Below the pieces are notes generated by a model. It had not been told where the DNA came from. It was given only the letters and a program-made list of their open reading frames with translations, and did no database searches. Both the position numbers and the translations under genes were made by a program. This document shows positions 1 to 13,997 of a stretch of 64,000 nucleotides of DNA, piece after piece. The DNA is from Podarcis erhardii (taxonomy: Eukaryota): assembly GCA_964252035.1 (NCBI GenBank), contig OZ176200.1. One strand, given 5' to 3'. The number at the start of each line of letters is the position of its first letter. Position 1 is the first letter of the stretch.

Positions 1-786
1 GTAGTGGAGCCTATGTTGTAATACAGTGAGAGAGACAGTATCCCAAAATCACCAGTTCCATTAGTCAGACAAAGGCCTCTCTACCTCTTATGTTTCATGA
101 TACTGACACTATTTGTTTGACCATGGCAGTGGTAGGGAGATAATCAATGGATGCCAATGAATGGGAACTGCAACTACATTATTTGATTTCTAAAGGGCAG
201 GTTTCAAAAGGAGCTAGAAAAGCTAGATAGAGTGGAAGGTTGTGTTAGGGGCTTTATGTGATTGAATACAAAGGCTAGTTAGAAGTACTCTAAGGGAGGG
301 CATCATTCATAGTTTCCCTATCAAACTCAATCAAATGACTCCTTTTCCTCCTGGCAAGGAACAACAGCACAATCCTATGCATGCTAATTTAGAGGTGCAT
401 CCCATTAAGTTAAATGGGACTAACAGGTAAATGTGTATTGCCTTAAATGAGAGATTAAGAACAATAGAGAGGCTCGGAAGCATGTGATCCCTCTGTAGAA
501 AAGGCAAGTAGAAATTACATGGGGGGATTCAATATTACACAGAATATAAAGGGCAAATAAATTAAGTTAGAATAAATAAGAAGTAAAGAGAACAAGCAAG
601 GCTTGGATTGTTGTTGAAGGATAGATAGGGAGGAGAACACCTGCTGTCATAATACAGGAGTCTATATTTCAGTTGATAGTTTTGGTTTGCAAATTACTTG
701 GCCAGAAGTTAATCTTCCAAGCCTTGGATTCCAAGGAAATGTAGATATTGTTAAAAAGGGCTGACACAACCCTGGAGAAACATATA

Positions 787-1025
787 CAGTGGTACCTCGG
801 GTTATGTACTTAATTCGTTCCGGAGGTCCGTACTTAACCTGAAACTGTTCTTAACCTGAAGCACCACTTTAGCTAATGGGGCCTGCTGCTGCTGTGCCTC
901 CGGAGCACAATTTCTGTTCTCATCCTGAAGCAAAGTTCTTAACCTGAAGCACTATTTCTGGGTTAGCGGAGTCTGTAACCTGAAGCGTATGTAACCTGAA
1001 GCATATGTAACCTGAGGTACCACTG
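787..1025. mobile_element. Tc1/mariner (Tigger-like) MITE
   Basis: TIRs CAGTGGTACCTCGGGTTA...TAACCTGAGGTACCACTG flanked by TA at 785-786 and 1026-1027; related copies at 11972 and 17882. Confidence 0.9.
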
Positions 1026-2489
1026 TACTGACCTTATATCTATCCATTAAGAGGTTCTGCTTACAGGCAGTCTCTTCTGCTTAGCAGAAGCTGAAATATC
1101 TTGTATTCTTTATTAGTTTCACCAGAAAGAGGGTTGTGTCCAACCAAATTCTGGCCATACTGTGGAATGTTTCCTCCTTTTCTCCCCTTGTGCACCCCAC
1201 ATTTGCTCTGTGGGTTACTCCAACTACCTGGAGCAGATCTGGGATGGGACAATGGCAGGAGAGGAAGGGCAAGTTCCATTTCCTGAGTGGAAGTCACTCT
1301 GCACTTGTAATAGTTTTATTGGATTCAACCAAGAGACTGGAGCTGTAGAAATTCTTATCTGTTCAGGTTTCTGATCACCATCATTTCAGTAGTGGGACCA
1401 ATTCAAGGATTACCTGCTACCCAAAAACAGTTTCTCTGTAGTGCTTCATGTAAAAGTTTGCACTGGGGTTACACAATGAGTCACATGAGATTTCTCCGTG
1501 CCAGGGCCAGCTAAATACAATGCAGTTACTAAAAACAAGGCAGGTTAAATCACAACCAGGCAACTAAACACATCAATACTGGCATCAGATTCCACTAAAA
1601 GCCTGGGCAAATCACCAGATTTTCAGCTGACATCTCAAACTTAAAAGACTGGTTGCTAGCTGCATCACAAAGGGGAAGGAGCTCCAGAACTGCATGAATT
1701 CCTCCAACACCTGGGATGTTTGCATCTTCAATGTGACAATTCAAGCTTTAGAAGTTGCTTTGGAAGCATGGCTCACAATTCTGCCATTGCCACTTGTTTG
1801 TACATCTAAAGCAGGGCACTCTCAGTTCCCGTCTGGTCTGAGTTCTCTCCTCCTCACCACAGTCCTCCTCCTCAGACCCATCCCCTCTTCCTTTCATCTG
1901 AATAAACTGCCCTAAGAAGAACAGGAAGCTCTGTCCTTCCCACGACTGCTGGATGCATTTCTGCACTGGGCAGGGAGACTCTAAAACCATCCAGGGTATT
2001 ACATCAGAAAAATGTCAACAAACCTAATGTGGAGTTTCATTTGTTGGCACGAGACAGAAAGGATCCCATGTTAATTAACAAATGAAATTCAAAAAAGTAA
2101 CTTGGGAATAAGATAAGCAATAACTGACGGGTCGTCTTCTTTTTTCTTTTAAAGATGAGAATATTAAAGTGAAGTGTATCAAAAGCTGAGAACAAGCAAG
2201 AGAGCTTGCTCTTCCACTTCACAAGCATAATGCTTAATTATACTGAGCTAATTTAATTCTGCTCACTTAAATAATGAAAATGAACAACATAAATTTCTTG
2301 ATCTGTTGAAAGTCACTCTGATTTGTTTCTTTGAACCAGTCACCAATCAGGCTTTGGAATGAAAATAGCTGGCACAGAGACTGATTCCATGACTCATATG
2401 GAGTTATATATATAAAACTTTCACGTTTCCTGTTGCAGGAGCATCAACAAGAGGAACAAAAGAATTTCATGAATTCTGAAGATCATCTG

Positions 2490-2494
<5 letters not shown>

Positions 2495-2537
<43 letters not shown>
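2495..2537. repeat. (CA)n microsatellite
   Basis: Direct dinucleotide run. Confidence 0.95.
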
Positions 2538-2539
<2 letters not shown>

Positions 2540-2981
2540 CAATACATGCAATTGCATACATTAATTCCCGTTGGGATATGTTTGGTAAATGTATAAGCAG
2601 CCCTTCAGTATAAAACTCCCAGGCTGCTATAGAAGACACAGAACAATAAAACCAGCTACAGTTCTAACCATTCCTACCCACTGCCAGCAAGGGAAAACTG
2701 CTTCCATCAGGGGTTAAGCAAGTTACATCTGAGCTCCCTTCCCTCTAAGCAGGGCCAGCCTCACCATTAGGTAGACTGAGGTGGCAGTCTCAGATGATGG
2801 ATTTTGGGTGCTACAAGAGGTCAGCAAATCCTTATTCATTTAATTTATTCTTCTTTGTATTTTACTTCCAGGGAGACGTATTGGTACATGTGGAATTTTC
2901 TGCCTCAGGTGCTAAAATACCTTGGCTCACCTTGGGTTCTAGGCACCTTGACGTGTGACATTTGCTGCTCTGCCTCAGGTG

Positions 2982-3255
2982 CAGAAGAAGAAGAAGAAGA
3001 AGAAGAAGAAGAAGAGGAGGAGTTTGGATTTGATATCCCGCCTTTCACTCCCCTTCAGGAGTCTCAAAGCGACTAACAATCTCCTTTCCCTTCCTCCCCC
3101 ACAACAAACACTCTGAGGTGAGTGGGGCTGAGAGACTTCACAGAAGTGTGACTGGCCCAAGGTCACCCAGCAGCTGCATGTGGAGGAGCGGAGACGTGAA
3201 CCCGGTTCCCCAGATTACGTGACTACCGCTCTTAACCACTACACCACACTGGCTC
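2982..3255 (-). mobile_element. tRNA-derived SINE (Squam3-like)
   Basis: Minus strand reads GAGCCAGTGTGGTGTAGTGGTTAAGAGCGGTAG (A box) ... GGTTCACGTCTCC (B box), a CORE-like body and a (CTT)n tail; homologous to copies at 20049 and 49862. Confidence 0.85.
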
Positions 3256-4124
3256 ACTGGCTCTCACTGGCTCTCACACTGGCACATTGGCACCAGCCTG
3301 TCTAGGAAGACCTTCTGCCTGGCAACTGCCAGCAACTGGAGAATACTTCCATTACAGACTGAATGAGTTCCACCTGCTCAGCCCCACTCTTTTAGCTCAA
3401 GGGCTCTTGATGGGAGCTGCTGCCTGCAATGACACCAGGGATGAATGAAGATGAGAACCTGAATAATCCTGGTTCTTTATGGACACCATGTAATTTTTGT
3501 TCCTATACTAGACTAGAAAATCTTTTGCAAGTCACTTTGAGAGCCTATAAAGCAGGACTGAAGGAATAGAAAAAAAAGTTCCAACGAGTGCACTGACCAA
3601 AGAGCTCGAGAGGTTGCCATTTGGTTTGGAACAAACCAAATTAACCATACAAAAGATGTTCAGGTAATCTGAAGGCAAAGTCTTTGCATTAAAGCATCCA
3701 AACTGAATTTTCTGAAGTTCACATTTCTTAAGTCCATAAGGAAACTAATTGGCTGTGCCTTATTCCATAGTCATTTAATTGTCCTCTTCGACCTTCTATT
3801 ACAACCTCCGATTACTTAGAACTCTTTCTAGGTCTAAACCCTGTGGGACAATGAGAAAATTAATTTACTAATGTCCACAACACTGTTTGCCAGGAATGTA
3901 TCCCCAAGCATCCTCTTTTGCAAATAGTCTCTCCTTGAATATATATGTAGCACGGCAAAGATTTGGTATATAATTTGTTGAAAGACTGCCTCTTCATTTC
4001 TAACACAAGTGAGTGAGTTTAATGTTCAGGGTTTACAGAGAATGGTGCACAAAGAGGTTATTCCCTATCACAACACTAGAACTTAGGCTTGTCAAGCAAA
4101 ACTGATTCTCCTGAACCTACATGT

Positions 4125-5090
4125 CAGAGCTGGCCCAATATATTTTGGCACCTGAGGTGAACCACAAAGCCTCTCCTCTTCCTGGAGGGGAGGTGTTGTG
4201 AGTGGGAGCTGTTTCCCGCATTAGCAGGGGGGCATGTTTGGCCCCCTGCGTCACTTCTCGGCTGTCACGCCGCCCCCTTTTAGGCTGGCCAATAGGGTTG
4301 ACATGGGGGCAGGGTTTAACCGCTTTCGAGCGGACGCAGCAGCCCCGAGCCTCATTTGGTTCTTTGGCAGCGACAGATCACCCTCCCTCCCTCCCTTTAG
4401 GACAGTTTTGCTCTTGACCTTGCTATGGACATCAGTTGGTTGCCCTGGTTGTCCAGGAGGACTGGTAGGAATTTTTATCCATTTGGCACATTGGCACCAG
4501 CCTCTTGGTTTTTCGCCTACCTCGTAGCAAATCATCACAACTTTTCTGGTATTGGCAGTTAGGCACTGGAATATGTGCTGTGTGTTGATGGGCGGGGTGT
4601 GGCCATCACCCCCCCACACACACTTGTCGGGTATTCCATTAAAGAAATCCGGTGGTTGTGGATCCTGTCCGATGCCCCCTGGTGACATCAGGGGAAACTT
4701 CCAGTTGTATTTGCATCAACAAGCTCCTCCCACTGCTTGTTAACCAAAATACCCCCCCCCCGCAGCGCGGGGTGGGCTCCTGTATAGGTTGTGTGATCCA
4801 ATGCCTAAGCCAATACCACTCACATGCTGTAACCAATAAAGTTGTGGCCTTTTTTAGCCCATTAACTTTAAATACATGTGTCCTTGTGTCTCCTTTCTCT
4901 CCACGCGGGTGGCGGGTCCTCGACTCACAAAATGGTATTCCCCTCCCCACCAGGGAAGAAGGGGTGAGTGAAGAGCTACATCAGGTACAAGGGGGGGGGA
5001 AATATAGATAAACATCGGGATCTGCTGCCCCTGTGGATCCTGCCATCTGAGGCAGTCGCCTCACCTTGCTTCATGTGTGGGTCAGTCCTG
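4125..5090. mobile_element. hAT-like non-autonomous element interrupted by an LTR-like insertion
   Basis: Degenerate TIRs CAGAGCTGGCCC / GGGTCAGTCCTG; the flanks of the insertion match an uninterrupted related copy at ~40088-40280 (ttttggcacctgagg...cacaaaatggtg...ccaggaagaag...gctgcccctgtgga). Confidence 0.55.
4197..4929 (+). mobile_element. Solo LTR-like element (~730 bp)
   Basis: Inverted termini TGTGAGT...ACTCACA, CCAAT (~4289), CpG-rich U3-like part, AATAAA at ~4835 followed by a GT-rich tract; no clean TSD found. Confidence 0.6.
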
Positions 5091-5298
5091 CCTTAGGTAG
5101 TGGCAAACAATAGACTGGGCTTTAAGAACTTCCTGGACTGGGTGGAGAAGCCTAAGACAAGCCTAAGAGAAAAGAGCCAGTTAGATAACACAGCCTGGCC
5201 TCTTCAGATCTAGCTATCACAAGACCTCTGAGTCCTAGGAAAACTAGAGTCTAGGAAAAGGTGGGAAATTTGATTCCATTTGCATTTAAGTGTGAACC

Positions 5299-5470
5299 TG
5301 TCAAGGCTCGGCCAAGGCTTCGGAAAGCTATTCCTTCCCCGGTTGCAGCAAGAGCAGAGAAAACAAGGAGAGTCCTTTTTAATGAGTTTTATTCAATCCT
5401 AATAGTGAGAGACCAAAGAACGCAACAAGCCTTAACATGGCGTTGCTCCAAACTGGACTCCTCCCTCCCT
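5299..5470 (-). mobile_element. Truncated LTR (R/U5-like end)
   Basis: Minus strand has AATAAA ~90 nt before a terminal ...CTTGACA, similar in layout to the LTR end at 32851-32924; boundaries uncertain. Confidence 0.35.
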
Positions 5471-8400
5471 CCTTCTTTTTATACATATATTATAATTTTT
5501 CATTATTTTTTCATTAATAACAATCCAGTATAGACCACATTAATACAATACCAAACCATAATTCAATTAAAAAAGCCAGTTGTCAGGGGCCAGTAAGATG
5601 TGTGGGGTATAAATAGCAAAATTATCATTATGGAATGGGACATCCCTATTTTCATCAGAGAAAATCCCCAGTCCTATCTGGGGATGCCAGGTGTTGAACC
5701 TTCTGGACCTTCTGCACCAAAAAATGTTGTTGTTGTTGTTTTATATAAAAAATATATAACACCCTTCACCCGAGGATCACGGGTCACTTGACAGTATAGC
5801 TGTACCGCTAAACTATGGCCCTACCCTTGTGTAGTCCCTGGCACACATACAACAGGAAGAGCCAATGTGGTGTCCTCCAGGCGTCACTAGACTACAACTC
5901 CCATTGGCCATGGTGGCTGGAGCTGATGGGAGCTGCAGTCTTGCATACAGCCTGCCCCATCCTAGTTCCAGTTTGCAGTGGGGATAGATTACACTCTCCC
6001 AGCTTATTAAAATTTAGTCCATCAACCTGTGTTTATCTTACAACATTTTCTGTAGAGTACTGCAACCCCCCCCCCATTATTCTTTTAATACTTGAATATA
6101 ATTCTGTTTTACAGAGGAATGAATTAAATGCCAGGTTTCTCCAGTAAGTCAGAGGTCCTGTGTTACGATATTTTTCTCACTCAAAGTATTTGTACAGGTC
6201 TTTTGCATTTTAAGAGATTCCACCCACCCCGACTTGGAAATTATGGAATATTCTTATATGACCTTTTGAAGGTAGTTTTTTTTAACCATCCCTGGAGGGA
6301 AAGGACATTGGCCAGTGTGCTTCATTTGTAATGTTATCAGTGCTCAATGATTTGAACAGCTGTCAAATGTACCCCACAGGTGTGTGGAATACCTGCTAAA
6401 AGGAGCTGTTTTGCACTCATCTAGCAGTTACTTAAATGTGTTTCTCACTGCATTAAGTGGGTTAATTCTTAAAACATTGATTCAAACCCTTAAGGGTAGA
6501 CTCTGATGTGAATTATAGATAAGTGTGAATCTTACTAGGGGAAAACCTGCCTGTATCGGAAAAAGGAAAGCAGAGTTTGTGAAATTATGCTACTCCTGAA
6601 TTTAAAATGCTTATTCTTGCCAGCACTTGACATTGATTGATTTGCCATTCATTCAAACTTCCAGCAACCCACCAAACTGGATTTAATTTTTGGGAAGATT
6701 AGACTATTAGACAAGAGACACTACCATTAAACAAGGGAGGCTAGAGGAGCTGTACCTAACCTTGAGTCCCCAGATGCTAGACTTCTATTATCTCCAGCCA
6801 ACATAGCCAGTGGTCATGAATGATGAGATATTCAACAACCTTTGGGGACATGAGTTTAAGGAAATGTAGCCTCAGAGGTCTGGTATTTGCTACACCTTTC
6901 CCAGCCTGGATTGCCCCTCTCTTCTCCCCTCAAAGCCATGAATAACTACATGAGAAATATGGGGAGCAGGCCAGCTCAGGCAGCCGTGACATAGAATAGA
7001 AGCAAGCTGAGGCCTAATTTGTTTGGAAGTGATAGATTTGGGTGAATTAATTTTGAATCTTTTAACCCATTTCAAAGTATTAATTTTGAACAGTCAAACT
7101 GCTACTGCATACATGTTTCATTTGGTTGGATAAGTGGTCTATTGGGGGAGGGGGGTTAGGATGGAACATTTTTTTTCAGATGATGCCATCTGCCTGGTGT
7201 AACTGATGGACCTTCTTTGCTCTGGAAAGCCAAAGAGGTGATAACAAGGCTTTCAAAATTGTTTCTGGGAGATTGGCATAGAATAAGCTATGGTGGGCTC
7301 GTTCTTTTGTTCATATATGTCAGTGTTTGTAAAAAGCAAAAAAAGAAAAAAAAAGAAAAAGGAAAGGGTTCTGACCTCCCTTTGTCTCCTCAGCCTGGTC
7401 CTCGGACCCTTGTGGGCATAAAAGAGTCCACGAGAAAAGTATCCTTGCAGAGTTTTATTCTTTGTGCAAAAGTCTTTGTGCAAAAGCGACTGACACACAA
7501 CAACACTACCAGCTTTCACTAACCAACCAACCAACCAACCCAACACAGCACAGCCAACCCAACATTTCTCACTCTATATATACAACCTAGTGCAGGCCGC
7601 TGACTCATGCTGACCCAGCTTTATTCGCATTAAAGAAACAGCGGCCATTTATTCGCTCTTTCATTTGTTTGTTCCTTCTTTCCTGATGTGGTTTCTAATT
7701 CACACTAGTTGTCAAAATAGCAATACTCCTTTACAAGATTATTTACATTTCTAATTAGCAGTTAAAGGTTGCATCCCAACTGCTATAGATCTTTTGGTGT
7801 GGTTGACAAATGAAACTGACATTGTCAGTAGAAAACACCACTAAATTCACTGGTGATTACCTCCAGGTAACTCTGCGTAAAAGCTATCAACTCTCACTGA
7901 GGGTGCAGCTATAGGGCTGTCACAACGAGCACCCACACTTCAAAATCTACCACTACACCTCTGTGCATATGCAAAGCAGATTGAGAAGCTCCAGCCTCTA
8001 TCATCCCTTTTCAACTAAATTTGCCCTCAAGTCAATTTATATCCAAAATGATGGCATCTGATTTATCTAATTAATATAGCATATCCATGGCCAGATGAGA
8101 AACCATTGATGACCTTAGAGTGAAATACACTGGCAGAGCTAGGAAAACTGTCTTCAGGAGCCACCTTAATAAATCTTGCAAAAAGAAAAATCTGGAGATT
8201 GTATATGTTTAGCCCATACCAAAGAGAGAGAGGGAAAGAGGCCTATAAATGCTCCCCCTATATAGGCTGGCTTTATTATATATCTCAAAAGCAATTTCAA
8301 AAGCTTCTGAATTATGCTCCTTTTCAGCTTCTAGGAGAACTTAGAGCAATAAAAGGAGAAAAGTAGCCTCCGAAGTTCATTTTCATATAGATTTATAGGA

Positions 8401-11400
8401 AAACTGCTTTGATGTCTTCTGCATTCCCTTGCCAGTTAAAGGAGGAACTTCTATTAAATTTAACACCACCTCCCTCACTCCTTTTCTCTCTGCTTCTCCC
8501 GCTCGTTTTCGGCTCCCCCCCCCCTTTGTGCTTCAAACCTCATTTATCTTTTATGAGTACTGGGCATCGTGCCATAATAATGCTGTGAATAATACAAGAC
8601 TCCTGTAACCATTCAGAGTTTTTACTTTTCTTCCCCCAATCAACACATCGCATTATTGACTTTCTCATTCAAGGAGGTGCCATGAATGGTCCAGTGCTTA
8701 TAAGCACTGCAGTGTGCTATTCAACACAGTGAATAGACAATGTGATAGTGATAGCCAAACTTTGGGGGATGCATTATGTGCTATGAATGCACAAGGCAAA
8801 TCCTCCCACTCCCAATGATACCAACACAGGCATTTAAAGGTGCTGCAAACCCTCTGCTTCTGTCAACTGCAATGGAAGCCCACTGCAAGGTTCTGAACTC
8901 CTGAAATTAGGTCACCAAGAGACACACATTTTGTTGTTACTCTCGAGAAGTTCAATGGGATTTGCATTTCTAGGGCTCCAGGAAAGAGGAGTAAGGAGAA
9001 GTGCTAATACATTCAGTCTGTCTGGTACTGTGGTCCATATCTACTCCCTTTTAAACAAAAGGAAACATGTGGCATTGCTTTCACTGAATGTGCTGCCAAT
9101 TCTTCTCTATTATTATGAGTGTTGATGTGCCCGTGTGTTGCACAGATCTGATATTTCTGTGCATGCTTTTGTGCATTTTTATCTGCACATGGATGTTTCA
9201 GGTTAACTCTGTCTTAATGTTTCCCATCCACATTAGCAGGTGGTGCTTGATGGGGTGTATTTGCACAGTACATTGTGCCTCTCCCTCAGTTACTACTTCT
9301 CTACTCTGCAGAAAACCTGTGATCCATTGTGGGCATGTGCCCAGATGTTTGTTTACCTGCATGGAAGCATCTTTTTTTTAAAAAAAAAAAAAAATGTCAG
9401 TGGAACTGCATAATAACAAACAAATAGCAAAGCCAAAAGTTCAAGCATGTTTCACAGTGGGCAAGTTGGCCATTTTTAAAACAACCAACCAAACATACAT
9501 GCTTTTTGGTTTGTCAGAAATAGGCTGACAACAGGAAAGCTAAAACCATATGAATATATTTTTTGACACATTTGTGTTTCTCATATGCCGAACTTAACCT
9601 GTGAAAAGAGGATAACAGTGGTGATGGTGATTATGATAATAAATCGTCACAGTGATAAGTTGTTGATGATGCATTGCAAGGTTTTAGGGTAAACAAAGGT
9701 CTTGACAGTTTTTTGCATGGAAGACTAATAGTACAATCCTAAACCACCCTTACTAAGAGGTAAGCCACATTGTGCTAAGTGATACTTACTTCTGAGTAAA
9801 CATGCTTAGGTTCGTACTGTCCATCATGGACTTTGGATATTCAGAGGCTGGTCTCCTTTCCCACATGAACCTGGGAGTTAGAGCTTCCATCTAGGGAAGG
9901 AGGTGAAGATACATAATTTCTCTCTTTTTCTCTTTAGGAAGGCAAGGGCTGATTTACTGCTCAGTTTTCAACACCATGCAGAAAACTCTTGCTGAATGAT
10001 CACCTTGTTACTATTTCTACTGAGTCAGCCCATATACTAGGTTAACTCACATTAACATTAATGGGAGTAGCGAGGCTTCAGCTGAGGGCCTCCCACAGAA
10101 AATGTATGTCACAGCCCTGAAGCATTTGCTTTGATTCTTATTTACAGCTCATACCTGTTATTTGGTGCATGCTTGTAGGGGAAATAGATGTCCTATATTT
10201 TATCCCTGGGATTTTCAACATTCCTGTTTGTTTGTTTTTAAAAATGGGCACTTGGAAACAGAAATAATTAATGTCCAGTTTCCCAGAGATCAACACAATC
10301 CTATGCATCTCCACTTAAAAGCAGATCTCACTATTTCCAGTGGAGCACGTGCTCACAGATAAGACTTTTTAAATATTCTTTATTATTTCACTCACTTTCA
10401 TACTGCTTCATTGTTGCATGTTGGATATATAGAAAGCAATGCAGGGCTCAGACTGGGCCACAAGGCAGCTTGCCTAATGAGCAGGTTGCAGATACATCAT
10501 TGCTTGTGGTTTCCACATGGGCAGCTGACAGAAGGAGGTACAATAAGGCTGCTGTCTGCTACATGGAGGTTAGGGTGGGGGCTGTCACCCTGGGTGCAGT
10601 TTTTTGGGGGGGCGCAGGTTGTCATGAGCCGCTGTGTCCTTCTCAGCTGCCCTCCACCTGAGAAGGATACAGCAACCCAGGTGATCCAAGAGCCCAGCTC
10701 TGCTCACAAAAGCAATGCAGGGCTCAGCTTGCAGGGCACCTGAGCTGCTGCCTCCCCCAGCCACCTCCAGCAGCTGAGAAGAACACAACAGGTGCATGCC
10801 AGCCCTGCAAGAGGGGCTGGGCTTGCAGGGGGCATGAGCTACCACCTACCCTGCCTGAATGTCCTGTGTTATTTACCTTGGGCTGTTGCTTGGCTCAGCC
10901 TCTGGATCACGTTTTGGACCTAGCTGAATCCCCTGTGCTTGGTCTTTGCTCATTGAGGCTATGCTGTACATCAAACCACACTCTCTTGGTTCATTTTTAC
11001 CTCCCAAGACTGAGACCTCAGCCTCTGAGAACAGCCCACTGGAGCAAGGCAGCCATATAGTGAAAGAAAAAGAAGTAAAACAGGAAAGAGGAAGAGAAGA
11101 CAAAATTGCATCCCCAGTCATGGCCAGACAGCTGACCCTAGAATTGTCTCAGCTGTCTGGGTTGGGGCTGGGGGAGGCAGTAACAGTAGTTAGGTTGGGG
11201 CTGTGGCACTGCTGGAAGCACAGTCCTGCAGATTCTCTGCCTCAGTCACAGCCCTGGAAGGCTAAGTTGGCAGGGGGGGGCACCAGACGCCTGCCAGACC
11301 TACACTGTCATGCAAAGAACACACTGTGCTCCTAATGGGCAAAATGGCCATGGGCTAAATGCAAATCCCTGTCTGTATGCTCTGCAAGGCTTCGACAGTA

Positions 11401-11971
11401 AAGATCTGGACCTGCATTACTGTATACTTGTGTGCTAGTGTGTAGTGTCAGATCAGATTAGGCGTTGGTGCCATGGTGGCACATCCCATGGACTGTGAGT
11501 CTGTTCAAGCCACATGCCTTGTGTCAGCATTAACACAATAGGGAGTTGGACTAGATGACCCTCAGAGTCACTTTCAACTCTACAATTACATGATTCTATG
11601 ATTTCCCATGTCTGAATGTAGCCTTAGTTGACAAGTCATGGTAAACCATGGCTTGCCATGCATGAGCCAATCACCTTCACTTCACTCCTCCCTGCTCTCC
11701 CACAGTTCCTGGCTTAGCATTACCAGGGGTCATAGTTCATTTCACTCCATACAAACCCAAACGATACTCCAAGGTTTGTTTTTGACGTACCCATTGTGGT
11801 TTGTTTCAGTGAAACAAACCACAATCCCTGGTCCAGATTTGTTTCCTCTGCATGCTGGCTGTATTAAGCAAAACAGCCCAGGTGAAACTGTAAACTGTGT
11901 TTCAGCGTGAGACATGAACAGGGCCAGGGTGACAAAGTGATGCAAGCTCTAGTTACAAGAATGACACAGTA

Positions 11972-12197
11972 CAGTGGTACCTCGGGTTAAGAACTTAATT
12001 CATTCTGGAGGTCCATTCTTAACCTGAAACTGTTCTTAACCTGAGGTACCACTTTAGGTAATGGAGCCTTGCGCTGGCACCACACCACTACAGTGCGATT
12101 TCTGTTTTCATCCTGAAGCAAAGTTCTTAACCCGAGGTACTATTTCTGGGTTAGGGGAGTCTGTTACCTGAAGTGTCTGTAACCCGAGGTACCACTG
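11972..12197. mobile_element. Tc1/mariner (Tigger-like) MITE
   Basis: Same TIRs as 787-1025 with TA TSD at 11970-71 and 12198-99. Confidence 0.9.
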
Positions 12198-12999
12198 TAT
12201 AAACAACGCTCCATTTAGTTGTAAACTAACATGGCTTAATGGTCAGATTTGCAGCATTGTTTTGGAATTAGATGGAGATGCATCAGTGGGAAACTTTGAT
12301 TTCTTGCTGATTTCGATCAGTATTAAAATCACCAATTTAAAGCAATCCACTGGGCTCCCTGGTGAGTAGGTATAGGATTTGCATCCCGAATCCTGCTAAT
12401 TTACCACCTCATCCAATTTAGTTTGATGTTATTAACTTGATATTGTTATGTGGAATACTTCCAGCAACTTTCTATCTTATGCTCCAGCTGCTTTCTGTCT
12501 GCCTATTCCCCCCACCCATCTGCTCCCTGGCCTGTCTGGCACCAATTTTCGGTGTGAAATTGATGAAGGAAAATGGAAGGCACACAGCTTAGAAATCGCT
12601 TCCACTTTTAGTCCACACATTCTCCAATTTGTTTGGTTCTTACAGACATGGAGAATGCCTGTCAGCGAGCGGGTGTTTAAATGCAACAGGTGTTTGCCAC
12701 CTGCAATTTCTTTTTTGCTTTGCTTTTCACAGTGATCAAAAGGGGGAAATTGTCGATGATATTTTAATTTCATCTGTTCGAGAAGAGGGAATAGTTTCTT
12801 TTTCAATGACGGGAAAGGTGTCAAATTAATGAACCAGAGAAGCTAGAAGAAGCCTCAAGGCTAGCATTCTCCAGCCAACTCTGCAACCGCCTTATTTAGG
12901 TGCATGACATGATTCTGATAGGGTTTCAGCTCACTCGGATGCAAGGTCACACTATTTTAAATAGTGTGATTCTTGAGATCAAGATTCTTCTGCTGGGTA

Positions 13000-13400
13000 T
13001 ATTTACTGTTTTATTATTTATTTCCAATATTTATATACTGCTTGATTGTAATAAAACCTCAAAACAGTTTACATAAAGAATAAAACAATGAAATCATCAT
13101 TGAATAAAGGGTTTGAAACAACTATTTAATACATTTAAAAATAATTGAAATCAATGATAAAATAAATGTCAGCACTCTAAATGTCTGGATAGGCTTACCT
13201 CTACAAAAATGTTTTTAACTGAAAAAGAGTACAGCAAAGGTGTCTGCCTAATATCAATAGGCAGGGAGATCCAAGGTTTGGGTGATGCCACACTAAAATA
13301 TTGAATTCTTACACATGCAGAATGAGAATGTTACACCTGTAACAGTGTCAGCTCCACAGATCAAAGTGGTCAATTGGGCATACATGGAGTAAAGTGATCT
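13000..13400 (-). mobile_element. Old L2-like LINE 3' fragment
   Basis: AT-rich tail followed by degenerate sequence resembling the antisense of the L2 3' ends seen at 32930-33300. Confidence 0.4.
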
Positions 13401-13874
13401 TGCATGTATAACCTAGCCAGAGATACATGCTTTTAAAGACCTGCTGATTTCAGTGCTGGAGAACTAAACACATGCTTACGTCTCCTATTTAATTTCAGAA
13501 TTTTCTGGATGAAAGCAGAGACACTCCTGTGAGTGGGTAGAATCTAGCAGCGCAGAAATGTGACATTACAATGAACAATGCTGATGCTTCACAATCCAAA
13601 CTCAAGTGTGACACAGGTACACAGCGGAAACGAACATTAAAGCAGGAGGCTCCAGATGACAAAAGCAGGAGCAAGGAATGTCACACATGACATGGAGAAT
13701 CAAGTTCCTAAGCTGCACATATGCACTGGTCTGATTGCTCTTATTCCACCTACAGAGCATTGGCCCATTTTGCAGCTAAGGAATACTGCAGCACAGATTC
13801 TTTACAGAGCTTTTGAACAATAGATCAGACCAAAGATCAAGACAAATATAAATGGGCTCTGTACAATTCTACTT

Positions 13875-13997
13875 AGAATCATAGACTTGTAGAGTTGGAA
13901 GGGACAAACAAGGGTCACCTAGCCCAAACCTCTGCGATGCAGGAACCTTTTTGCCCAATATGGGGCTCAAACCCCATTCTTTACCAGCTGAGCTATC
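13875..13997 (-). mobile_element. tRNA-Lys-headed SINE with CR1-type tail (Squam2-like), internally deleted
   Basis: Minus strand GATAGCTCAGCTGGTAAAG...GAGCCCCATATTGGGCAAAAAGGTTCCTGCAT...TTCCAACTCTACAAGTCTATGATTCT. Confidence 0.7.

Noticed and set aside
2804-3166. Poly-E / poly-F ORFs
   Set aside because: Products of the (GAA)n SINE tail.
12730-12820. Possible internal exon (DQKGEIVDDILISSVREEGIVSFSMTGK) after a TTTTCACAG acceptor
   Set aside because: Weak donor (GTGTCA), no recognisable protein and no companion exons.
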